NCBI GenBank assembly: GCA_964106645.2
Contig: OZ067043.1
DNA: 64,000 nucleotides
Origin: Podarcis pityusensis
Lineage: Eukaryota
Reading direction: 5' to 3' (one strand)
Shown here: piece after piece, positions 11,530 to 24,470 of the stretch
Position numbering within the stretch: position 1 is the first letter of the stretch
Layout of the letters: each line of letters opens with the position of its first letter
Made by a program: the position numbers and the translations under genes
Notes under the pieces: model-generated
The model's input: the letters and a program-made list of their open reading frames with translations, nothing else
What the model was told of the DNA's origin: nothing
Database searches by the model: none

Positions 11530-14500
11530 AAATAGGATGTCCCTATTTTTTATCGGAGAAATGTTGGTGGGTATGGAAAAGTGAGAGGGGAAATGCAGTG
11601 GAAAGCACAAAATAACAGCCAAGTGCTTGCAATGTCATGTAGCTTCTTCGAAAACATATAGGCATGACTGCTCACTAAACAACCCATTTAGAAGCTTTCA
11701 CTCTTCCTTCTGACTCCCTCTTGAGGCTTATATAGTAGATGTCTGGAGGCTTGCAGCCTGTATTGTCAGCACCAGCCTTATCCACCTGTAGCCCAGCCTG
11801 GCTGATTACTGGTTGTACTCCTCATGAGCAAGTGGATAGTCTAGGAGCTGCTTCTTCACATCCAGGTCTTCAAAATATTCTAAAAAGGGTGGTTTGCCTA
11901 CTGATGGAGTGGGGGAAATGTTTAGCTTTGTTAATGTTCCCACCCATCTTTTTAAACTATGTTGGTGCTGTCTTTTCATATCTATTTCTTCTTGTCAAAA
12001 GCCACAGTGCATAGGGGTAAGCAGCCATATTGACCCTGACTCACTTTAAAAGTTGCTTTAAAACATTTGGGCACTGGAAACCCTCTGTAAAGCAACACTT
12101 TGCGGCAACTGCTCTTGGAAAGTTTAATGCCTTTCATTCATTTCTATGAAACGTCTGCCACTTGCACAATCTTCTCAAACACCTTGACAATTCTACAGTG
12201 AAACAGACATTGTTCCATTGAATAATTGTGGAAGAATTCATTGATTGCCTCCCACCCTCTTTCCACCTGACCTCCCACTTCATACATTCTTTATGAAATC
12301 ACATTCATTCTCTTGGATGAGGAAAGGAACAAGAGAATGACATACAGACTGAAATTGCTTGATAACTACTGCTGAAATGAAAGCCTTGGGAGAATAATCA
12401 ATAAAAAGGGAAAGGCTGCTTTATTTGGTGAGTCAATGAAGAAAAACACAAGGCAAGCAAAACTAGACAGGATGCCAGTAATGTTAGAGGAAGAGTTTGT
12501 AAAGAAAGTCTTGACATTTTTGAGGGACTGAATAAATAGTTTGCTGGACAGCAAAAGGAGGTGGCTTGGAACTTCCATCAGCTGTATGTTTCAGAAGGTA
12601 TGCTTCTCAACTGCCATTGACGGGAAGCCCCACTGGGCTTGATTGCATTAAGAAGTTACCCATTGGGATGGGGTGGTTTCAATACAAAGTGCTTATGAGT
12701 GGACTTCAGAAGGGATATCTCTGCTCACTAATCAGCTGATTGGTGCACAAAGCCAGCCCCTTTAAACTTGTTACCTGACATCATAATAATGTCAGGTGAT
12801 TGACAGATAGGTGGTCCCACAAGGGTAGGAAGGTTCTAGCTCACCAGCCAGATCCAGTTATGCACTCCTAATCTAGGTGGCAACAAACAAATTTCATTTT
12901 ACATAACAGTGTTTTGGGGGTGCCAGCTACCTCTTTCTGGAGATCCAATGTGGCAGCAGTGGACTTTGGCTGTCAGTTGGAATATTTTAAGTTCACCTAT
13001 GTTCAACCTGTGTATTTGTAAATAAATGCAAATATTACAAAATGCAATAAACCTCCAGTAATCCTTCATTTGAAAGGCAAACACAAACCTCTGGAGCTTG
13101 TCACAGCTCAGACAAGCAGAGAGAGCATAACAATATACACAGATTTAATTTATAGAAGTCTAAATGCAGTCACTGAGTGGAAGTCCTAGTAATGAATATA
13201 AGCACTAGTAATGAATACACATCTTGATGCACTTCAGTGAGCTGCAGGCATAAAAGAAAGCATTACATTTATCCAAATTATCTCAGTAGTTCTTAGCTGC
13301 ATTCTCTTGCAAACATTTAGCATTTTGCACATAGATGAAAGTGCAGCAGCATCTTGTGCTAAACAATGTGCATGGACTGAAGCTGGGACATAGCAGAAAG
13401 CTTTTTCCATGTTCACAGACCACTGTATAGATCTCCAAAATGTGTAGATATTGGTAAGAATATTGTCCATTTCGAAACCTTTTTTTGCGTTTGCTATAGA
13501 CTATTCTAACAATATGTATGAATATTATACTGGTTCAGCAACTTATATAGCGTTTAGAAACACCATTTTATAAACAAACTTATGCGGAGGAGCAACAGAG
13601 GAGCATCTTTTTGTATGATACAATCAATCTGTAAATGTTACTCCATTCTAATAAGCTAATCATCTTCATTGCACTTGTGTGCTATAGCCTGGCTGACAGG
13701 ATTTGTTCAGGAGCCCAGAAAGGATTAATTGGGATTCTAATGAATTTGCACTGAAATCACTCAATTTCACTGCCACTCTACTCTTGTTCTATAGTCCTTC
13801 TGCATCACTGTACCCAGTCAGAGGAGAACCTAACCTCTATCTGGGTTAATGAAGCTAGGACAATATAAGCATGAGAACGCAAAAAACTTCTGACACTGTA
13901 TTTCATAAAATATATATTGCCTATGATTGTGTTTCTATGTTGGCTGAAAAAATATCTGTGTTGCTTTCTCACATCATGGAATAATTATGGCTAGGCTCAG
14001 GCTCTGGGATTTTTGTGGGTCAAAGGAAGAGTAAAAGCTTCTCAGTAACAGGGTACTGCTCCCAGGCAGTTTGGAGTCCAACAACTCTTTCTTTTCTTCA
14101 AATAATTGCTCTTCTTTTGATTTGCTGTAACAACAGATGAATCATTAAGGTCATCCTAAACCTAGCGACTTTGGGCATGGTGACCAGTTGCTCTTTGATA
14201 TTTTTGTGTGTCACAGTTCTGCTGGCTAATCATCATTAACCTGCCTCCATGTTGACCCAGGTTCTGTTAATGCTCTAGGGAATGGTGTAAACCCTCTAGC
14301 CACCACTCTCAAAACATTTCACTCCATAGTGACTTTGTTGTATCAGTTACCATCTCAACATTTCGTCTGAATCTACTCCTACCTATCTAGCAAGTAAGAC
14401 CTTCCAGTTTCCCAGGCTGCAACGTGATGGTAGAGAAGTCCATTTGTAACTGCGCTTCTCATGCTGACCCCACCATCAGGTGTTTTTTTTTTTTATTTAA

Positions 14501-15890
14501 AAAAAAAAAAGATTTATATACATATATTCACCCTACCAATAGTTTTTGCAAAAGTCACAGAGGTTAGCAGCTGTAAGTCAACTGCATTGAGCCCTATAAC
14601 TGCTTAAATTGAGCTGATATCATTTGTGTTACTCCCAAACTGAATAGTAAGGCCTTGACAGTCTTGGAAAATGAAGCACCCTAGAGGTACGGTTAGGACT
14701 GCAGCCTTTGTAAACAGAGCTGTATAGTAAGGCTATAGAAAAAATGGCTCAAGCCATAGGTGGCAGGTTTAACAGACAGAGCCTGTTTCTACAGCACTAT
14801 CTTTTCCTTTCAGAAAAGGTTTCTTAATGGACCACATTAGGGCATGCAAAGGAACTCAACTTATTTCAGCAAGTTAGGGCCACTTCCTTCCAGTGATATG
14901 GTTGTTTTTGCTTTTCTCTTTCTGCAGATGGGCCACCTATTGCCACATTTTAGGCTGCAAATCTGTGCAGTCTAAAAACCCTGTTTAACCCAGTAAGACT
15001 TACTTTTTAACTAACATAGCACCCAGTGTTTTAACACCCACATGTACCTTGATGCTATTGTTGGACAGATCCCCATCTACTTCACTTTTCCTTTAACATT
15101 CCAGTTATCCTGATTACAAACTCAGGGTAGCTCTAGGCTTCCCTTCCCCTTCCTTTGGTTGTAGTCTCTCTCTTTCTCTCTCTCGCCCCTTCCTAAAACA
15201 AGGGAAAGAGGCGGCAAAAAATAAAATAATAAATAAACCTGGGAGAACTGGGACGTGAGAAAGTGCTGGAGTCAAGAGTGGAGGGAACATACAGGGCGTG
15301 GGAGGGAGCTGGGAAAACTTCCGCTTTTGTGTAATTCTGCCGGCTGACTTAAAACCGAGGAACACTCCTGGGTTGTGGAACGCGGAGCTCTGCAGCTTTC
15401 ACCGTCGGGATTCAGTAGGGCTGCTCCTGCTGTGGAGCCCCCGCGTCCCCTTTCTGCATGACCATTGAGATTGACAGTTGCATGGCTGGCGATGCTCTGT
15501 GCACGGAGAGGAGAAGCCCAATGGCAACGGAGGCACGGCTAAGGCGCCTCCCGGATTGCTTCCGGGCACCAGATCTCTGGAAAGCGATGTGCTCCCTAAT
15601 GGCCAGGCCCCGGCTCTCGTCCGTGGAAGGCGAGGCGTGCCTTGCCCAGGCTGCTCCAATCGCTTCCAGGCAGAGAGGCGGGGACGGCGGGTAGGCTGCC
15701 TCCGCGCGCGCATACACCCACCAGCTCGCTCGCCAGGAAGGCCCTGCTGGGGCTGCAGCCCCCTTTCTGGGCGTGTGGCTGCCTCCGCCTCTCGGGGAAG
15801 GTTATGCACTTGTGATTCCCTTTCTTCCTCCTCCTCCTCCTGCCGCTTCCTCCTTTATGCCGGTGGAGACCCTCTGTGCCTGACTAGCCC

Positions 15891-16128
15891 ATGAGCCTCC
15901 TCGGGAGCTACCGGAAAAAGACCAACAATGATGGCTATGAATCTTTGCAGCTCGTGGACAGCAACGGTGACTTCTGCGGCAGCCGGGAGCGAACCGGCGG
16001 CGGCGGAGGCGGCGGCAGCATCAGCAAACAAGGGGTGATCCCCGCGGTGGTGGCGGCAGCAGCAGCAGCCCGGAGCCCAGCGCGACAGCAGCACCAGCCG
16101 CTCGACTGCAGCACCATGGACAGCTCAG
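15891..16128 (+). CDS. DNAJC6: DNAJC6 coding exon 1b (238 nt)
   Basis: MSLLGSYRKKTNNDGYESLQLVDSNGD...RSPARQ...STMDSS(G) matches the long auxilin isoform N-terminus. Donor cag|gtagcg, phase 1. Confidence 0.95.
16107..16127 (+). promoter_or_regulatory. RE1/NRSE (REST-binding) element within coding exon 1b
   Basis: tgCAGCACCATGGACAGCtCa matches TTCAGCACCATGGACAGCGCC at 18/21, with both half-sites and the 2-nt spacer intact. Confidence 0.75.
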
Positions 16129-18384
16129 GTAGCGGCTTTAACTTCTTGGCCGGGGAGGGGAAGGAGGCTGTGGGTGATGGGAGGCTCTGGTTACAGCCCC
16201 ACCTTGCTTCCCAGCAAGATCTGAGAGGCCCAGGCGTGCTCTGCTGCTGGGAGGATGGCAAGGCTGGCCGGGGTCCAGGCCATCCTCCGGTTTCTGAGGC
16301 AAGGAAACCTAAGAGGGCCCGGTGTTGCAATTTTAAAGAGCTTTGAAGACCAGCTAATGAGGAAACGTATCCCAGCTGTCACTCTCTTCTGTTAATTGAT
16401 GGGGAAAGGAGTGAGGAGAGATGCAAAGGAACTGCTGAGGTCAGTGTATTGTTCTCAGGATGTGTGCTAAGTGGGCAGGAGAGTGATGGAGGGAAGATGG
16501 CTTAGGTTTCATTGGGTGGTGTGAAGAAATCATAGTAAACTCAGGGTGATCATTGGAAGAAGGAAAATGTATTTTTCAGAAAGTATTGGGTGCATGTCCA
16601 GTTTATCTTATGGCGAACATGCTTAAGAGCAGTTTTAAAAGGACCACATTATAACAGTGGAAAAAGTGCTTTGGGTCATTGTTTAATGGGGGTAAAATAT
16701 AACTGAATATCAGATGTGGAATAAATGTTGATGTTGTGTTGGAAGTGAAGGCTACTAAACAATGGCTCATTTATTTCTGCAAACAACTATCCTGAGTGGC
16801 TTGGCCAAAAGAGTTCTTTTGTTATCTGTAAACGCTAACAAGCATGCTAGTATTGTCTCTAGATCTATTGATAGGGAACAACACAAGAATAAATTAGGAA
16901 ACACTGCTTTATTGGCAGGTAAATAAAGTTGTGCCTCCTCACAATAGCAAAGGGAAGGAAAGCTTGAATGTAATTTTGCTGGAATGTTTTCTTCATGACC
17001 AGTGGAATTAGACTGGCATGCTGCATGAGTTGGGAAACTACCCCCACCCATTGCTAAATCTTCCAATTGTATAGCCAGATGGCTCACAGGATTGGTAATG
17101 AGAAGCTATGCACTTCAGGGGTCCTGGTTCAGATTGGCCTGGATTGCTGAGAGTAGTTATTGATGGATTATCAGCTATGTACTGAAATGTGTGGATGGGT
17201 GTGTTCCTTCCTTCCTTTTTTTTTTAAAAAAAAGGGTATTTCAATACTATTGATACCAGCTGTGTTTGCTAACAATTTTATCCATAGCTCTGTTTCATTT
17301 CTGACGCTAGCTTCATTTTTCCTCCAGAGAACATCTTCTTGATGTATAAGCAGTTTCCACAAAGTGATGTGCTGCCAGTCCGTTTAAAAATATATTCTCA
17401 TATCCAGTGAAGTGGAATCCCAAAGCACAACTGTTAGAGTGAGAATATGATAGTCTACAAGAACTTAGTCCCCATCCTTGAATTTATGTGGTGTGATTAA
17501 CTTGGTTGATATAAAGAGGATTGGACTTGAGAACTGGTTTATTCACTGTCTCAAGGTTGGGGGTAGAATTCCAGATGCTTTACATGATAGAAGAGTAATA
17601 CACATGATGAACCATATGTCCTGAATTTAGGAGTCCAGTTTATAATACAATACAACTGAACTAATGGTTTATTTTAAAAAATAGACTCCATGTAGGTTTC
17701 AAAATGGTAGAAGAAGAACTAAGGCATCTGCTGTGATTACTCCTCTTCCCCCAATGAGCTGAGCAGATGTTAAATTGTAGCCTGTGCTGGCTAGGCCTGA
17801 TGGGAGTTGTGACATAAAGTACTTGGAGGACACCAGGCTGGGGAAGACTAGTATAGTCACACACAATGCGTTACCTCCACTTGGTAATTAGCAGAAGGCC
17901 AAATCCCAGTTTACATGCATCAGTTCGTTTTAAACAAACAGGTGTGTTTAGTGTTAGCGTGCACCCACAATGGAATAACTTTGATCTAAGAAAACTTTGT
18001 CTTGGTCTTGTAGAGGTAAGGAGTATTTTTTCCTAACTGTTACTGATCAGAGAAGGATGTAAGGGGTAAAACTTTGGTTTCTATTGGAATAGAAGGAGAA
18101 ATGAGGTCTGTGCAAACTCATAAATTGTGCTGGACTTTCCAGGTACAGTTCAACCCTCTTGACCCTTGCCCATCTTGGCTTTTTAAAGCTAACCATAGGA
18201 GATTAATAGGGTCCAGGGAGTGATTGGTGCTTCATTGGAATGGGTGAGGAACCATTTGTCTTGAAGTAGGCGGTGGTGTGTCCACTCTTTAAGAGAACCT
18301 CCCTAGACCTGGAATTCAGTGGCAAATATCCTCTTTTTGGAGAAGGTGCTTGAGAGGATCGTTGCAATTGAGCTTCAGACATGC

Positions 18385-19300
18385 TTGGAGGAAAATGAAT
18401 GTCTGTATCCATTTCAGTCTAGCCTCGGGCCCATTCATGGCCCTAAACTGTCTTGATCACAGTGGTTGATACATTTGTTAGAAGAGAGATGGAGGGGAGT
18501 GCAATCCTGTTTATTCTTTTTAGAAGCTTTCGATACCATAGACCATAGCATCCTTCTGGAGGAGCTCAATGAGGTGGTGTTTGAGGGCACTGTATTTCAG
18601 TGGTTCCACTCCTACCTCCAGGGTCATTTCTAGAAAGCATTTATGGAAGGCCACTGACATCATTGGAGTTCCCTGTGGTGTTCTATAGGATTCCAACTCG
18701 TCCCCCATGCTATTTAACATCTATATGAAGCCCCTGGGAACTGTCACCAGCAGTTTTGGAGTTAAGTGTTACCAATATGTGGGTAGCACTTCTATCTCTC
18801 TGTTCCATCTGAATCAAGAGAGGTGGCTGAGGTATGAACGCAATGATGTGGGCCAACAATTGGAAACTGAAGCATGAAAGGACAAAGGTGTTATGTGTTC
18901 CAAGTCTTGAGTTGAAGAGGTTCTGTACAGAGTTGCAGTCCCCTGGAAGGATCAGGCTTGTCGCTTGGGGGTACTCCTCAACCCAGTGAAGTCACCTGAG
19001 GCCCAGGTAGCCTCTGTGGCCAGGAGTGCCTGTTTCCAGCTCCAGCTGGTTTGTCAGCTACACATTGTGGGTTTCACCTTGATCTGGTAACTTCCAGATT
19101 GGATTATTGCAGTGCTCTCTATGTTGGTCTGCCCTTGAAGTCAACTCAGAAGCTTCAGCTGGTTCAAAATGCAGGGACCAGATTACTGGCTAGGGTTTTC
19201 TTTAGAACTCTTGTATAATCCCTATTTTAAAACAGCTACACTAGTTGCCATTTTGTTTCTGGGCCTAGTTCAAGATGCTCACATTAGTGTTGAAAACCCT
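18385..19300 (+). mobile_element. L2-clade LINE reverse-transcriptase fragment (degenerate)
   Basis: Recognisable AFDTIDH, QWFHSYL, GVP..S..SPMLFNIYMKPL and LQLVQNA motifs, with frameshifts and stops. Confidence 0.8.
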
Positions 19301-20559
19301 ACATGACTAGTTTTGAGACTACAATTTCCATCATCCCTGACCACTGGGTCCTGCTAGCTAGGGATCATGAGAGTTGTAGGCCAAAAAACATCTGGAGTGC
19401 CAAGTTTGAGGAAGCCTGCTATAAAGTTTTCAGTGAATGCTGGAGACATACATCTTTACACTGGCCTTTGACAACTGAGAAGTGTGTTTCCAGAAGGCAT
19501 CCTATTCCTGTGACTATAATTTGTTTTAACAGGTTTTATTACCAAATATCCAGATCTGCAAAACAGATATATTCAACACTATTGTAGCGACTCATTTAAG
19601 ATTAGAGGAGGAGGTGTAACTTACCCTTACTTTGTTGTTCTGTGTAGTCCAGTATTTGTATTTTATAAATTAATTAAATATTATTTAATTTATTTAAAAA
19701 ATAATAGAGAATTTTAAATTATTGTAACCTGCCCTGGGGCTTGCTGGTGAAGGCAGGTAATAAATGTAATAATGCTGATAATAATACAATCCTAGAAAAC
19801 TTGACAGAAACGAGTGCAAAAGTTGGCTTAATTTTTCATTAAGAGCATTTGCACTGAAATTAAGTAAATGGTAAAGAGGAAAGCCACAGGGGGCAAAGTT
19901 TTCAAATACTGAATCTGCAGCTTTGAAATCTAATGCTTTTGAGTTCTGAGGCCACAATCAGAACACCACAAATTAATTGGTGTTCCCTGCATTAAGGAAG
20001 AGACACTCTCTTTCTTCCTCCACCCTAGTTCACTATTCTTCTGTGCTCTGCCCATGGGCAAACGTATCTGTAAGGTATAATGTTTTTTAGTATTGCATGT
20101 ATGTGTCTGTATTGACGTGGTGGGATCGTATTTCTGCAGATCTATAAGCTCTAAGCTTCCAAAGAATATAGGAATCAAGTGTGTTGGCGCTTGATAAATG
20201 CCACAAAGTAGTATCCACACACTGGGGTAAAATGAAAGGAAAAACTGAATATAGATTTGTCTAAAGACATATAACATGTCCTATGAACTTGAGGCAGGTA
20301 AAGAGATCTTAAAATTAAAATACATATATGCTTCCATTTTATTAGAATATGCTTAGGCTCATAATTCCATGGACCTCTGAGAATAGGCAATTTCAGGCCA
20401 GCCCTGGGAGAACCTCTGTGTCTCCTTGCTGGTTATATTTTTTGTCTTGTGCATTCTTGAGATGGCTGAGTTATGATGGAAAACATGACAGAAATCTTTT
20501 AATACCTTTTTGTCCCAAGACCATAACATTCTAAATGGCAAATCCAAATACAGTTAATA

Positions 20560-21200
20560 ATGACGTAAGACCCCTTCTGGATCAGGCCAAAGGATTGTCT
20601 AGTCCAGCATCTTTTTTTCCAGCAGTGAAAAACCAGATGGCAATGGGAAGCCCACAACTAGGACATGAGGGCAATACCAACTCCCGATGCTGTTCTTCAG
20701 CAACAGGATTTCAGAAGCACATTGCCTCTGATCTTGGAGGTAGTCATTTTGGTTCTTTTAAAATTATTGGATAGATTTCTAGTACACTGTTTAGAGTGTT
20801 TATTTTCCTTAAATGGCTTACAAGAGATCAATAAACTACATTAAAATTCAAGGCTTGAATAGCAATAAACAACTGAGAAAATTAAAATACAGTAGTAGAT
20901 AAAATAGTCATCAGTGGTATGCAGCCATCATGGCTAGTAGGCTTTATCCTTTGTGAAATTGTTTAATCTAGGTTGGAGGCCATTACCACATTTTGTGACA
21001 GTGAATTTAATAATTTAACAACTTGCTGGAAGAAGTCCTTCTCTGTCCTTAGTCTTCTGCCAGTCAGCTTCTTTGAGCGACCCAGTTCTAGTATTATTCA
21101 GAGAACAAAAAAAATTCTCTGTCCACTTTCTCTACAGACATAATTCTATACACCACTATATGCCTCCTCTTTTTGCCTCTCTACCAAGCTAAAAAGCCTT
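20560..21200 (-). mobile_element. CR1 LINE 3' region, interrupted near 20750-20910
   Basis: tctggatcaggccaaaggattgtctagtccagcatc is the reverse complement of the CR1 end at about 28520-28570. Confidence 0.6.
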
Positions 21201-21459
21201 GTGAGGACAATGATGCTGTCAGTACAGATTCTAACAGTGCCATCCCATATACTTTGGTTTGGAAGCAAGTTCCATAGAATTCAGTGAGACTTTCTCCCAG
21301 GGAAGTAGGTGTAATATTGCAGTTTTAATCATGGGTAGCATATTACTAGAAAACATTGCCATTGAGAGGCAAACCTGCCATGCTATGCACTGTATGAAAC
21401 TGCAACTGTTTGGCATTTATTTAGTTTTAAAAGTGTGCAATACTAAGCAACAGGTCTAA

Positions 21460-21840
21460 GAATCGGGAGAGGGGGTTGCCTGTTCTAGATGGGGTCACAC
21501 TCACTCTGAAGGAACAGGTATGAAGCTTAGGAATGCTCTTGGGGTCATCTTTGTCCATAGAAACTCAGGTGACCTCAATGGGGAAGAGTGCTTATCACCA
21601 GCTTTGGCTGGTACGTCAACTATATCCTTTCCTGAACAGGGATAATTTTGCCACTATGTGTGCCTTCCCTCATGGCTGGTCTGGAGACTGCAGCTGGTGC
21701 AGAATGCCACAACCCCAGTGGTGAGTGATGCCTCTCATCAAGCACATATCACACTAGTGCTAAAAGATATGTGCTGGCTGCCTTTAATCACTGAACCAGT
21801 TTTAAGGTTCTACTACTAACATATAAGGTCCTGAACAACT
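21460..21840 (+). mobile_element. L2-clade LINE fragment
   Basis: SAYHQLWLVRQLYPFLNRD is homologous to SAFHQLQLVAQLCPYLDRN of the 23150-24470 element. Confidence 0.75.
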
Positions 21841-23149
21841 CCGAACTATGTTACATTTCCCAACTCCGAACTATGTTACATTTCTGGTAAGGGCATTAAT
21901 ATCACTTCTAATACATCATGGCTACATTTCTATGTGCATACAAAATACTATAACTGCTGCATGCGATGCATATGCAGGCCTAGCAGGACATAGATTAACC
22001 CAACTGCGGCTAGAAATTTCCAAACCCACTTCCTCTATGTAGCTTCCATTGTCTCAACCAAAGTGCCTCTGACTTAGCCTGCTGCAGATTCCTTTCCCTC
22101 CATGAAGAGCTTTGTTCCCTCCAGGTATCTTGTGTCTTTCCATCTCCCTTCCTTGCTTTTAGCAGAAAGGCAAGATGGGAACTCAGCCCAGAATGCAAAG
22201 AACTACTGGAAACCAGTTCTGTGAGCATCTACCAGATCCTTCAACTGCTTGTTCAATACCTCATGATCAGTGGGTATTAAGGGACTTCTGAACATCAAAA
22301 AAGACCAACATACTACAATTATGTCCGCTTCAAATTTACTGTATGCATACTGCATAGCTAGTATACTTTCAAAGTAATCAAAGTAATCAAACTGAATGCA
22401 CTAGGATAATGAAAAGAGGCATGTTACATAAAACAGATAGCAATTTATGCCTGAATATAGAAGCCATGTGGTGAATATTATACAGTTGTTTAAGCTGCTG
22501 CATTTGTTCTGCAACAGCTGGTGTGTGTGGATGCATTGTTCAATTGATCACTAGCAAAAATGCTTCTGACCCCAAACTGCTCCTGGGATAATATTTTTCC
22601 CCTGCTCTCGAGATTTTGCATTGTAAGCTATTATCAGTTCTTGCAAACCTTCATGCTTAAAAAAATATACATGAGAATATCTTCATTTTTATTATTTTCA
22701 TTCATTTCATTATTCTAATTTTAAAAATGTCTATGGTGAGCTACTCTCTGAAATTTATAGGCATTGCATACCAGTTCTAGTACTTCTATGAATTTAATTA
22801 TCTTCCTTTTTATGATAAAGGCACATGCATATTTCCAGTTTATTACTTCTAGCAATACATCTTCTGCAGGCCTTGCTAAAAATTCTAATAATTCAGTTGT
22901 AATAACTAGACAAATGAGAGTATGTAGAAGACTGTACAGTTCTTTACCATCAGCACCCGTCAGATTCTGAACAGGTATGAAAAAACATTTCCACTGATTT
23001 CCGTAAAGCAGTGCTGATGACCATAAGCAGATAATTTTTTTTGCCATGGTGTGCTTTGTTTTTTTAGGGGTGCTGGTAGTAGTGATTTCAATATAATTGC
23101 TATATGAGGCCCTAGGGGTGGACATTGGCAATCTTTTGTAATGGTTGAA

Positions 23150-24470
23150 GAGCAACATTTTTGCCTGCTGTAAAATAAAGGCACCAGCTGAGCCTCTCTG
23201 GGAAGAGCATTCCACAAATGAGGAGTCACTGCAGAAAAGGCCTGTTCTCTTGTTGCCACCCTCTGGGCCTCTCATGGAGGAGGCACACAAAGAAGGGCCT
23301 CAAATGATGATAACAAGTTTTGGGTCAGTTCATATGGGGAGAAGTGGTCCTTGAAATATTGTGGTTCTGAGATGGTTCTGAGCTGTTTAAGGCAGCATTT
23401 CCCAACCTTGGGCCTCCAGCTGTTTTTGGACTACAACTCCCATAATCCTCAGCTAGCAAGACCAGTGGTCAGGGATGATGAGAATTGTAGTTCGAAAACA
23501 GCTGGAGGCCCAAGGTTGGGAAACACTGGTTTAAGGCTTATAGGTGAAAACCAGCGCTTTCAATTGGGCCCAGAAACTAATTGGCAGCCAATGCAGCTTG
23601 GCCAGGATTGGTGTAGTATGCTCAAAACCATCTTGCCCTGGTGAGCAACCTAGCTGTTGAATTCTGCACTAGCTGAAGTTTCTGAACTGCCTTCAAAGGC
23701 AGCCTGATGTATAACGTGTTGCAGTTATCTAGCCGAGAGGTTACCAGACTACAGACAGCAGAAGTTATGCTATTCCTGTCCAGATAGGGGCACAGCTGGG
23801 CCACCAGCTGAAGCTGATGGAAGGCACTCCACATGAGTCTTAAGCAACAGCAATGGATCCAGGAGTAACCCGAAGCTGTGTGCCCACTCCTTCAGTGGGA
23901 GTTTAACACCATCAAGAACAGGCAACCTCCTATCCATCTGGTCTATGGAACCACCCACTAACAGTGCCTCAGTCTCATCTGGATTGAGCTTCAGCTTGTT
24001 GCCTCTCATCCAGCCTATTAGCAAGGCAAGACAAAAGTCCAGCACACCCACTCCCATACCTGCAAATGTAAAGAAGAAGTAGAGCTGTGTGTCACCAGCA
24101 TAATCCAAAACTCTGAATGAGGGAGGTTTTATGTACATGTTAAACAGCATGGGGGATAAAATCAAACCCTGAAGAACCCCACATTGAAGGCTCCATGGGG
24201 CCAAGGAGCACTCCCCAAGCAGCATCCTCTGGAAATGATCACCGAAGTAGGAAAAGAACCATTGCAAAGCAGTGTTACCCACCCCTAACTTGGACAGCTG
24301 CTCCAGAAGGTTACCATGGTTGATAGTATCAAAAGCCACTGAGAGGTTGAGGAGAATTAATAGGGACACATTTCTGCTGTCTCTTTCCCAATGGTGGTTA
24401 TCATACAGGGTGACCAAAGCAGTTTCTGTGCCAAAACTGGGCCTAAACCCCAATTGAAATGAATCTAGAA
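23150..24470 (-). mobile_element. L2-clade LINE RT and 3' region (degenerate)
   Basis: ORF 23770-24453: GFRPSFGTETAL, LLNLSVAFDTINH, GVLQGLILSPMLFNMY, YAGDTQLY (degenerate YADD), NKLKLNPDETE. Confidence 0.9.
23393..23528. mobile_element. 136-bp palindromic hAT-type MITE inserted in the L2
   Basis: TIRs cagcatttcccaaccttgggcctccagctg / cagctggaggcccaaggttgggaaacactg. 8-bp TSD gtttaagg (23385-23392, 23529-23536). Confidence 0.9.

Larger units (their letters stand above)
15280..16320. promoter_or_regulatory. CpG island / promoter over DNAJC6 exon 1b (boundaries approximate)
   Basis: Abrupt GC- and CpG-rich segment in an AT-rich background, spanning the 5' UTR and first coding exon. Confidence 0.85.

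Noticed and set aside
15399-16382. Several overlapping 100-150 aa ORFs on both strands around exon 1b
   Set aside because: Expected from stop-codon scarcity in a GC-rich island. Only 15891-16128 resembles a known protein, and that ORF's continuation to 16346 runs past the splice donor.
23770-24453. 227-aa reverse-transcriptase ORF as an active or domesticated gene
   Set aside because: Catalytic YADD is degraded to YAGD, with deletions, frameshifts and a MITE insertion nearby. It is a dead L2 copy.
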